Shown here one piece after another: positions 1-7,668 of a stretch of DNA of 32,000 bases. The DNA is taken from NCBI GenBank assembly GCA_942493095.1, contig OW818675.1, positions 2,310,001 to 2,342,000 of the forward strand, in the 5' to 3' direction. A model generated the notes under the pieces. The model was not told the DNA's origin. It made no database searches and was given only the letters and a program-made list of their open reading frames with translations. Source of the stretch: Candidatus Electronema halotolerans. Lineage in GTDB: Bacteria; Desulfobacterota; Desulfobulbia; Desulfobulbales; Desulfobulbaceae. The position numbers were made by a program, and so were the translations under genes. Each line of letters begins with the position of its first letter. Position 1 is the stretch's first letter.

Positions 1-833
1 AAGGGTGCGCAGACTGCCTCGCAGCAATCAGCAGCCCAGTAAAAAGGCTGAATCGGCAGCCGGACAAGCACGGCTTTGCGGTGCAAGGCCGTGGCAATGA
101 TCCGGCCCATTTCAATGATCGAGAGCGGCTGGTCATTGGCCGCGATCAGGGCCTCGCCCAAGGTCTGCTCCGCAGCAGCGGCTTGGAGAATGATTTCGGT
201 CAGATCATCAACATGAATGAGCTGAATACGGCCTTTGCCCCTGCCCAGCATCAGAATCAGGCCCTTGTTGACCATGCGGAACATTTTCAGCATGCGTTCC
301 TCGCCAGGACCGCAGATGGCGACTGGCCGAATGATGGAGCAGGGCAGGCCGCTGGCTTGCAGCCACTGCTCTGTCTCCAGCTTGGTGCGCTGATACCCGT
401 CATTGGGACTGAAACGGTACTGCTCGTCCGCAGGTTCCTCGCCTGGAATATGGCCATGCACCCCGACCGTGGAGACATAGAGAAACCGTTTGAACGCAGG
501 CTGTCCCTGCACAGCTGCGCCCATAAGCTGGGCCAGATGGAGATGAACCCGGCGGCAGCCCTCCTCTGTGGCCTCGCCCTCGCGGAAGGCGGTGGCTAAA
601 TGAAAAATATACTCTGCTCCGGCAGCAGCCTGCCTGACAAGCTCAGGATCGGCAATATCGCCCCGGAACCAAGTGATGCCCAAGCCGTCCAGCTCGTCAG
701 TTTTTGACGAAGGACGAACGATGGCGCTGATTTTCGCTCCGGCAGCAGCCAGCTTTTTGCTTAAAACCCTGCCAGTAAAGCCGGTGGCTCCGGTGATCAA
801 AACCTTGGCATTCTGGAACTGCTCATGCGCCAT
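1..833 (-). CDS. NAD-dependent epimerase/dehydratase family protein (extended SDR); 3' end runs off the window
   Basis: Absent from the ORF track because it leaves the window. The reverse complement of 781-833 reads MAHEQFQNAKVLITGATGFTG (Rossmann GxxGxxG). The frame stays open through ...GDIADPELVRQ... and an in-frame YQRTK (YxxxK) motif near 381-395. The listed + ORF 81-599 is its antisense shadow. Confidence 0.8.
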   Translation of the reverse strand, partial: MAHEQFQNAKVLITGATGFTGRVLSKKLAAAGAKISAIVRPSSKTDELDGLGITWFRGDIADPELVRQAAAGAEYIFHLATAFREGEATEEGCRRVHLHLAQLMGAAVQGQPAFKRFLYVSTVGVHGHIPGEEPADEQYRFSPNDGYQRTKLETEQWLQASGLPCSIIRPVAICGPGEERMLKMFRMVNKGLILMLGRGKGRIQLIHVDDLTEIILQAAAAEQTLGEALIAANDQPLSIIEMGRIIATALHRKAVLVRLPIQPFYWAADCCEAVCAP

Positions 834-1025
834 TTTTTCACATCTCCTGAGGAGGAAGGCTGCTGCTTGAAATTGGGGACATTATAGCGCAGCAGCCGGA
901 GCAGTTCAAGGAAAGATGGGGACGGCCCGCCTTTGGCTGGACTGCCCCGCTTCAACTTGAACTCTGGCGCGCAATCGGGTATTACTTTGCCATCTGCATT
1001 CACCCCAGCCAAGGACTGCGCCCCT

Positions 1026-3449
1026 ATGAACCGGAACCGAATCGCCCTCAGCCTCTTTCTCACCGCTTTGACCACCCTGATGGCCGAACTGGCCTTGGTG
1101 CGGATTTTCGATGTGATCTGGTATGCCAACAAAGCCTACATGATCATCACGATGGTCATGTTCTGCTTCGGACTGGCCGGGGTGCAGCAGTCCCTCTGGC
1201 CCGTGCGGAAGGAGAAGCGGCTGAGGACTAAACTTGCAGGACTGGCCTTTTTTTTCGGCCTCTTCCTGCTCGTGCTGCTGCCTGCGGTCAACAGCCTGCC
1301 GCTCAATTTAGCCAACATTCAAGCCAGTTCCGGCAAGGACATTGCCGCCTTTGCCGCTCTGTATCTGCTTTTAGCCACGCCATTTTTTCTCTCCGGCCTG
1401 CTCTTCACCATTATTTTCTCGGCCTATTCTGAGGATATTCAGCGGCTCTACTTCTGGGACTTGGCCGGAGCCGCTGTCGGCTGCTTGGTGCTGATTCCTG
1501 TCCTGCCGTACATTGGCCCGGCAGGCGCGCTCTTTCTCGGCAGCGGTCTCTGCTGGATCACCGCCGGTCTGCTGGCTGAAGGCAGATTCTGGCAAAGGCT
1601 GCTGCCGCTGCTCGGCATTGCCGTTGCCGCAGTCCCGATGATCAAATCCTTCGCCGCTCCTGCCTATTCCCCGGACCGCTACTTTGAATTCCAGCATCAT
1701 GTCTCCAAGCGGGGCGTGCGGGAAAGCTATGCCAAGGAAACTGTGGAAATGAGCCAGTGGGATCCGATCAGCAAAATTGATGTGATCAATATCGGCAGGG
1801 CCAAGCACATTGCCTATGACGGCGGCACCCAGTCCAGCTTCATCTATCCCTTTGACGGCGACTTTGCCAAGCTGCGGGCCGCCCTGCCCAAGGCGACCAC
1901 AGCCAATTTCGGCGGCCAGAATGTCTATCTCAGCCACTGGCTGAAGCGGGATAGCAACGCTGAAGTGCTGATTATCGGCGCGGCTGGCGGTCAGGAAACC
2001 AAAGCGGCCCTGACCTTTGGCGCGAAACATGTTGATGCGGTGGAACTGGTCGGCTTTGTCGTCAAAGTCGGCAAGGAGCTGTACAAGGACTACAACGGCG
2101 GCATCTTCAATGATCCCCGCGTGACCGTCTTTGCCGATGAGGGCCGCAGCTTTCTCCGGGCTTCGGACAAGAAATACGACATCATCCAGATGTACAGCAA
2201 CCACACCTCCAGCAGCATTGCCGCAGGCAGCGGGGCCATGTCAACCGCCTATCTCCAGACCGCTGAGGCGTACATCGAATATTTTCAGCATCTGAAACCG
2301 GACGGCATCCTCCAGATCAACCACCATATTTATCCGCGCATGGTGACCACAGCAGCCAAGGCGTGGAAGGAGATGGGCCGCACCGATTTCCGCCGTCATG
2401 TCATCGTCTTTCAGGCCAAGAGCGGGGTGAGCGACCACCTGCCCACCCTGCTTGTCCGCATGACTCCGTGGACAAAGGAGGAAGTCGCCCTGCTGGAGCA
2501 CTGGTTCTGGGGCCACACCAAAATGGTGGAAAATCCCTATAACAAAGAAGCCTCAATGCTCAGTGACGAGTTCTATTCCGGGGAGCTGTCCAAGGCAACC
2601 ACAGACTTTGTCCCCTTCCGGGTGCTGGCGGCCACAGACAACCGGCCCTATTTCAACTTCCTGCGCAAAGAATGGGCGCGCTACAACCGCGCTTACCCTG
2701 AAAAATACATGGACTATTCCACTGCCGCCTGGTTGAGCATGCAGTATGGCAGAGATCGAGCTATCCCCAGCGACATCATGCACTTAGTCGTCGTTTCCGC
2801 AGCCTCGCTGCTCTTCGCGCTGGTCTTCATCCTAATCCCGCTGCTCTTCTCCAAGGCCGGACGGGCGCGCTGGCCGGGCAAGCTGGCCTCATTAGGCTAT
2901 TTTTCCTGCCTTGGCGGCGGCTTCATCATTGTCGAGCTGGTCTTCATTCAAATTTTTATGAAACTGATCGGCTTTCCCCTCCACACCTACTCGACAGTGG
3001 TCTTTGCCATGCTGACCGCTGCCGCGTTGGGCAGCCTCTGTTCAGGAAAGGCGGACATCAGTCCGCAGCGGCTCTGGCTGCTGCCCTTTGTCGGCACCAT
3101 GCTTGCCGTGCTGCTGTTCATCGCTGTGTATCCGTCCTATTTCAGCCACTTTCTCGCCTTCTCCATCTGGCTGCGGATGGCGGCGGCAGCAGCGCTCATC
3201 CTGCCTGCGGGCTTTTTCATGGGCATGTGCTTTCCGCTCGGCATTCTCGCGGTGAGCAGGCAGCCGGAGGGCGCGGTGGCTTGGGCCTGGGGCATGAACG
3301 GCCTCTTCACGGTCATCGGCGGCATTGCCAGCGTGCTGCTCTCCATCTATCTCGGCTTCAATTTCACCCTCTTCTGCGCTGTGCTGATCTATGCCCTGGC
3401 TCTGGCATTGTTCATGCGGATGCGGCAGGCCTTGGCAGCGGCGCACTGA
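1026..3449 (+). CDS. polytopic membrane protein with a central spermidine-synthase-like (class I SAM-dependent transferase fold) domain
   Basis: ORF 933-3449. I prefer the ATG at 1026 (MNRNRIALSLFLTALTTL...) because 933 is a TTG and the hydrophobic N-terminus starts at 1026. There are many hydrophobic helices at both ends. The central VLIIGAAGGQETKAAL..AVELVGFVV..DPRVTVFADEGRSFL..KYDIIQM resembles SpeE-type nucleotide-binding motifs. Confidence 0.7.
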   Translation: MNRNRIALSLFLTALTTLMAELALVRIFDVIWYANKAYMIITMVMFCFGLAGVQQSLWPVRKEKRLRTKLAGLAFFFGLFLLVLLPAVNSLPLNLANIQASSGKDIAAFAALYLLLATPFFLSGLLFTIIFSAYSEDIQRLYFWDLAGAAVGCLVLIPVLPYIGPAGALFLGSGLCWITAGLLAEGRFWQRLLPLLGIAVAAVPMIKSFAAPAYSPDRYFEFQHHVSKRGVRESYAKETVEMSQWDPISKIDVINIGRAKHIAYDGGTQSSFIYPFDGDFAKLRAALPKATTANFGGQNVYLSHWLKRDSNAEVLIIGAAGGQETKAALTFGAKHVDAVELVGFVVKVGKELYKDYNGGIFNDPRVTVFADEGRSFLRASDKKYDIIQMYSNHTSSSIAAGSGAMSTAYLQTAEAYIEYFQHLKPDGILQINHHIYPRMVTTAAKAWKEMGRTDFRRHVIVFQAKSGVSDHLPTLLVRMTPWTKEEVALLEHWFWGHTKMVENPYNKEASMLSDEFYSGELSKATTDFVPFRVLAATDNRPYFNFLRKEWARYNRAYPEKYMDYSTAAWLSMQYGRDRAIPSDIMHLVVVSAASLLFALVFILIPLLFSKAGRARWPGKLASLGYFSCLGGGFIIVELVFIQIFMKLIGFPLHTYSTVVFAMLTAAALGSLCSGKADISPQRLWLLPFVGTMLAVLLFIAVYPSYFSHFLAFSIWLRMAAAAALILPAGFFMGMCFPLGILAVSRQPEGAVAWAWGMNGLFTVIGGIASVLLSIYLGFNFTLFCAVLIYALALALFMRMRQALAAAH

Positions 3450-3450
3450 C

Positions 3451-5319
3451 ATGCCGCGTTTTCTCAGCCTGCTGCGGCGGCACACAGGCCTGCTGATCCT
3501 GCTGCTTGCTGGTGCCGCAGTTTATCAGCATTTTTTTCTCAGCCGGGCATACATCGAATTTGACTACACGACTGACCACGACACTGCCATTCAGATGCTC
3601 TGGGCCGGAGAGGGCGAGCAGTTTTCCCGCAGCTGCATGGCGACCGCGCCGCTGCCGAAAAACTCCATGCGCACTGGTTTCTTTCTGGGCAGTCTCAGCA
3701 CCATGCGCTCTTTCCGCTTTGATCCGATGGGCAAAGAAAGCGGGACGGTTGTTTTCCGCCGGATCACCATTACCCAGCCGGGCTGGAAGCCCCTGATCTT
3801 TGCTGCGCAAGCTGATTTCGCCCGCTTCCGCCCTGGCAAAAATGTTTCTGAGGCCTCCTTTGCTGAGGGCTGGGGCTGGGTGGTGCGTTCCGACAGCGGC
3901 GATCCTGATTTTTATGTGGATCATTTTGATCCGCCGCCGCGTGATTTTGTCAGCTTGGCCAAAGAACTGAGCCGCTTTCTCCTGCTCGCGCTCCTTCTGC
4001 ACCTGCTGCTGCAAGGATTCGCGCCGCTGACCAAGGACTTCGGCTATGTGCCCCTGCTGCTTTTGGGGGTGACGCTGCTGACAGCGGTGCTGGCAGTGAC
4101 GACCAATTCAGGCAGCCATCCTGATGAACTGGTGCATGAGGCGGCTGCGTCTTATTATGAGCAGCACTGGCTGATGCCTGCGGCGGAATCGCCGGAGATT
4201 GCCGCCACCTACAGCGGCTACGGTGTTTCCCGGCTCAATTCGCGGGAGATCGCTTATTTCCTGATTGGCAAGTTTTCCCGGCTGGTTGAGATATTCCGGC
4301 TGCCCTCCTTTCAGCGGCAACGGCTCTTCAATGTGGCCCTGCTGGCCTGCCTTGTCCTGCTGACGGTCAATTCCACAGCCGCCCGGCTCCTGCTCCTGCC
4401 GTTTCTCATGACCCCGCAGGGCTGGTATTTGTTCGGCTATTGCAACTCTGATGCCTTTGCCCTCTTCCTCACCCTGCTGGCCTGCCAGCAGCTTGCTGAA
4501 CCGGAATCGCTGTTCAACCGCCTGCTGGCAGGTCGGACAACGGGCTGGCTCCCTTTCATCCAGCTGGGCCTGCTGGCCGGGCTGCTCCTGCTGATTAAAA
4601 AGAATTTTTATATCGTCATCCTCTTTGCCGCCTTCTGCCTCCTGCTTGAATTTGTTTGTCGGCAAAGAACATTCTCCTGGCCTACGCTGCGCCGCATCGC
4701 CGCTCTTGTTGGAATCGGCACGGCCATATTCGGCCTCCGCACCGGCTTGGATATATCTGTCAATGGCTGGAACAAGGCGGCAACAATTCAGCAATTGCGG
4801 GAGGAGCGGGCCGAGCGGGCCTACAAGCCCAGCACTGAGCTGGCCAAACAGCATCCGCATCTCAATCTGAAGGGACGGGGGGTGCGCCTGCAAGAACTGC
4901 TCGGCGACAAGTATCGCTGGGGCGGACATATCATCCGCAGTTTCTACGGGGTCTATGGCCAGATGAGCGTGGCGGCCAGCAAAAGCTATTTCACGCTGAT
5001 GATCCGCTGCGGCTGGCTTTTTCTTGCTACAGTCTATCTGACTGTCCTGCTGCGGGGCGGCTGGACTGAACGGCTGCTCCTGCTCAATCTGACCTGCTGC
5101 GGCCTTGTGCTGATCAGCGGCGGGATATGGGCATCGTGGACCAAAGATTTTCAGCCGCAGGGCCGCTACATGCTGCCCATGCTGCCCATGCTCGGCCTGC
5201 TGCTGACAAAAACAGAGCCGCTCTTCCCGCCGCTGCTGCTGCGCGCCTTCTTCACCCTGATGTTCCTGCTCTCACTGGGCAGCTTCCTCTTTATCGCCTT
5301 GCCCTCGCCGCTGCTGTAA
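3451..5319 (+). CDS. large polytopic membrane protein, possibly a GT-C-fold glycosyltransferase (function uncertain)
   Basis: ORF 3391-5319. The ATG at 3451 lies 1 nt after the upstream TGA (3447-3449) and opens with a TM helix (MPRFLSLLRRHTGLLILLLAG). A soluble segment of about 170 aa follows, then at least 10 hydrophobic segments. The HPDELVH acidic motif in an early loop weakly resembles GT-C first-loop motifs. Confidence 0.6.
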   Translation: MPRFLSLLRRHTGLLILLLAGAAVYQHFFLSRAYIEFDYTTDHDTAIQMLWAGEGEQFSRSCMATAPLPKNSMRTGFFLGSLSTMRSFRFDPMGKESGTVVFRRITITQPGWKPLIFAAQADFARFRPGKNVSEASFAEGWGWVVRSDSGDPDFYVDHFDPPPRDFVSLAKELSRFLLLALLLHLLLQGFAPLTKDFGYVPLLLLGVTLLTAVLAVTTNSGSHPDELVHEAAASYYEQHWLMPAAESPEIAATYSGYGVSRLNSREIAYFLIGKFSRLVEIFRLPSFQRQRLFNVALLACLVLLTVNSTAARLLLLPFLMTPQGWYLFGYCNSDAFALFLTLLACQQLAEPESLFNRLLAGRTTGWLPFIQLGLLAGLLLLIKKNFYIVILFAAFCLLLEFVCRQRTFSWPTLRRIAALVGIGTAIFGLRTGLDISVNGWNKAATIQQLREERAERAYKPSTELAKQHPHLNLKGRGVRLQELLGDKYRWGGHIIRSFYGVYGQMSVAASKSYFTLMIRCGWLFLATVYLTVLLRGGWTERLLLLNLTCCGLVLISGGIWASWTKDFQPQGRYMLPMLPMLGLLLTKTEPLFPPLLLRAFFTLMFLLSLGSFLFIALPSPLL

Positions 5320-5332
5320 GTATCAAGCGGTG

Positions 5333-7066
5333 CTACGTATCCGGCTTGGCGTTGTTGGCCATCAACAGCTGCTCGGCCAAATCAAGACGGCTTTGTAAAT
5401 GCGGCACCTGCTTGCAGAGAGGCAGAAGGATGCTGTAGGCCTCCTGCGCATAGGCCACAGACTTTGCCTTCTCTGGAACAAGTTTCAGATAGAACATACT
5501 GAAGTTGATCAGTGTTTCTGTCATATACGGGAGAAATGCTTTTGGCTGTGCCTTGGCTAGGCCGCGTCTGATCTTCAGGGATTCTTCAAATTCTTCAACC
5601 GCCGTTATATAGCTCTTCGTCTCAGCATGTAACGCCGCAAAGCTGTTCAATGTTGTGGCCACATCCGGGAGAAATGCTTCTGGATTCGACTCAGCCAAGC
5701 TGCGGTATGTCGTCAAAGCCTCTTTGTATTCTCCAGCAGCTTGGTCATATTTTCTTGTTGCAAAATTCAGGTTCGCCATATTGTGCAGCGTCTGTGCGAC
5801 ATAAGGGAGAAATGCTGCTGGGTAGGCCTCAGCAAGCCTGCGTCTAATCTTTAAGGATTTCTGGTATAATTTCAAACCAAGGATATAGTTATTTCTACTG
5901 GAATGAAAGTTCGCCAAACTATTCAATATGGTCGCAAGATATGGAAGAAAGACTTCTGGCTTAGATTTGGCAAGATCTTGATATATCGACAGTGCTTCTT
6001 TACATTCTTCCAGAGCTTGAACATGTTCTTTGTTTTCAAAATGCAGGTTCGCGATATTGTGTAATGTTTGCGCAACACCAGGAAGAAATGCTTCTTGATT
6101 GACCTTGGCAAGGCTACGTCCGATCTTCAAGGCTGCTTGGTATGCTTTCAGAGCTGGGCCGAAGTCATTTTGATGAAAATGTAGGTTGCCAAGATTGTTC
6201 AGCGTCGTCGCCAAATATGGACGAAAGGCTTCCGGGTTGGATTTGGCAAGGAACTGGTAGATGTTTAAAGCCTCTTCATATTCTTTCAAAGCCGAGCCAT
6301 ATTTGGCTGTTTCCTTATGCAGCACTCCAAGATTGTTCAAGGTTATAGCAATATCTGCGGCAATAGCTTCCGGGTCGCCCTCGGTGATATCGCGATATTT
6401 CTTCAGAGCCTCTTGCCATAGCGGTTCGGCTTTTCTGAAGGCACTATGGTTATGGAGAAAAAGAGCATATGCAACCAGTATCCCTGCTGTTCGAGCCGTA
6501 GCAAGGGCCTGCTCAAAATAGCTCTCTGTCCGCTGGAATCTGTCTTCACCCTCTTCCACCGGAGTAATCTGGGAAAGCTTGGCCTTGAGCAGGAACTCGT
6601 TCGCCTTGTCCGCCAAGTCCTTGCGCACCGCAGCCAGCCTGTCCTCTGCCGCGTGTTCCGCTGCTTTGAGTTGCTCCACCTCGGCACTGATCTCCTCGGC
6701 CTTGAGCACGGCATCCGCTTCCCGAAACTCGCCTCGATCAAAATGCGCCTTGGCCTGCCGCAGCCGTTCCGTGTTGATCGGAATGCGGGTGAACAACTCA
6801 TGCAAACGGAAGACATCTGCCTTAAAGTCTTCCAACTGCTTATGGAGAGCAGCAAGTTTCTCTCCTTTCTTCAGCCGCCTTGATATGTTGTCTGTCGGAA
6901 TCTCCCGCAGGTCTTCTTCCGTTTCGGCAATATCTGCCATGAGCCGCTGATAATCAACTGAACCATAGAGATGATTGTGGATGACCTTATCCCTGCCGAT
7001 ATTATCGCCGCCGTCTCTGTTCGTCTGGTGCAGCTCAGTCGTGCTGTGCTCGTGCCGGTCAAACAT
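5333..7066 (-). CDS. coiled-coil plus tetratricopeptide-repeat (TPR_12/KLC-like) protein
   Basis: 577-aa ORF. About 7 tandem units of roughly 42 aa follow the pattern EAFLPYLATTLNNLGNLH....A...Y.EAL.I.R.LA..NP. The N-terminal 200 aa are charged and helical (LKAEEISAEVEQLKAAEHAAEDRLAAVRKDLADKANE). The extreme N-terminus carries HQTNRDGGDNIGRDKV. Confidence 0.85.
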   Translation of the reverse strand: MFDRHEHSTTELHQTNRDGGDNIGRDKVIHNHLYGSVDYQRLMADIAETEEDLREIPTDNISRRLKKGEKLAALHKQLEDFKADVFRLHELFTRIPINTERLRQAKAHFDRGEFREADAVLKAEEISAEVEQLKAAEHAAEDRLAAVRKDLADKANEFLLKAKLSQITPVEEGEDRFQRTESYFEQALATARTAGILVAYALFLHNHSAFRKAEPLWQEALKKYRDITEGDPEAIAADIAITLNNLGVLHKETAKYGSALKEYEEALNIYQFLAKSNPEAFRPYLATTLNNLGNLHFHQNDFGPALKAYQAALKIGRSLAKVNQEAFLPGVAQTLHNIANLHFENKEHVQALEECKEALSIYQDLAKSKPEVFLPYLATILNSLANFHSSRNNYILGLKLYQKSLKIRRRLAEAYPAAFLPYVAQTLHNMANLNFATRKYDQAAGEYKEALTTYRSLAESNPEAFLPDVATTLNSFAALHAETKSYITAVEEFEESLKIRRGLAKAQPKAFLPYMTETLINFSMFYLKLVPEKAKSVAYAQEAYSILLPLCKQVPHLQSRLDLAEQLLMANNAKPDT

Positions 7067-7068
7067 GG

Positions 7069-7263
7069 CTATTCCCTGCTGATTTTATCCCTGCCTACGT
7101 TGTCGCCTCCGCCGCTGTTGGTCTGCTGCACAGAATACGTGCCAGTCTTCCCGGCCTGACCCTTGTTCTTCTTCGGCCAAAGCCAGCCGCAGACTATGGT
7201 CAGCACAAAAACACCGATGCCGCTGAAAACCCATTCCTTGTTCTTCATGATCCACGCAAGCAT
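7069..7263 (-). CDS. small single-pass membrane protein with a C-terminal QQTNSGGGDNVGRDKI motif
   Basis: 64-aa ORF with one hydrophobic helix (WVFSGIGVFVLTIVCGWLW) followed by KKNK. GAGGGGA sits 8 nt upstream of the ATG at 7263. The stop is only 2 nt before the ATG of the TPR gene. The C-terminal motif is repeated at the start of the TPR protein. Confidence 0.55.
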   Translation of the reverse strand: MLAWIMKNKEWVFSGIGVFVLTIVCGWLWPKKNKGQAGKTGTYSVQQTNSGGGDNVGRDKISRE

Positions 7264-7388
7264 GATGCTTCCCCTCTGTTCCGCTTGCCCGCAACCTGCG
7301 GGAATGCTTTGCTTCCACCTGCGTCAACTTACCTCAGCAGGCCGCTGTAGTAAACAGCAATCAGCCTCTCCAGCCGGAGACGCAGAAA

Positions 7389-7549
7389 GAGACACTACGG
7401 TGTCTCCCCAAGAGTCACCATAGTGACTCCCTCGGAGTCAGCAGAGTATCTCCCACCGAGTCACTATAGTGTCTCCACCAGAGTCAGCGTAGTGACTCCG
7501 AGGGAGTTACCGTAGTGTCTCTGCAAGAGTCAGCAGAGTGTCTCCGGCA
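7389..7549. repeat. tandem array of seven 23-bp units, each holding an 18-nt 7-4-7 inverted repeat (consensus GAGTCAC-NNNN-GTGWCTC) plus a 5-nt spacer
   Basis: Unit starts fall at 7389, 7412, 7435, 7458, 7481, 7504 and 7527, an exact 23-bp period. The units are gagacacTACGgtgtctc, gagtcacCATAgtgactc, gagtcagCAGAgtatctc, gagtcacTATAgtgtctc, gagtcagCGTAgtgactc, gagttacCGTAgtgtctc and gagtcagCAGAgtgtctc. Arms are conserved; loops and spacers vary. Confidence 0.9.
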
Positions 7550-7590
7550 GAGGGAGCTTTCTGGCTGTGAAGAGTAAAGCGGAGGAAGAA

Positions 7591-7623
7591 CAAAAAGATA
7601 AGGGACAGTCCGAAGACCGCCCC
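7591..7623 (-). terminator. rho-independent terminator downstream of gyrA
   Basis: The minus strand reads GGGGCGGTC-TTCG-GACTGTCCC followed by TTATCTTTTTG. This is a 9-bp stem (two G-U wobbles) with a UUCG loop and a U-rich tail, about 46 nt after the gyrA stop. Confidence 0.5.
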
Positions 7624-7668
7624 TCTATGTGGTGCTGCTGCTGAAATGACGCGCTGTGCTCCTGCTGA

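Noticed and set aside
81-599. 172-aa ORF on the + strand
   Set aside because: It is an antisense shadow of the epimerase/dehydratase gene, which reads MAHEQFQNAKVLITGATGFTG... on the minus strand.
868-900. Sigma70 promoter TTGAAA...TATAGC in the divergent region 834-1025
   Set aside because: The spacer between the hexamers is only about 10 nt, which is incompatible with a functional -35/-10 pair.
7064-7071. Programmed frameshift or readthrough fusing the small TM ORF to the TPR ORF
   Set aside because: The TAG stop is followed by CC and then ATG in a different frame. I see no slippery heptamer or downstream structure, so two coupled genes is the simpler reading.
7389-7549. Possible CRISPR array
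   Set aside because: The units are only 23 bp, with 5-nt spacers between 18-nt palindromes. There are no unique spacers of protospacer length and no cas genes in the window.
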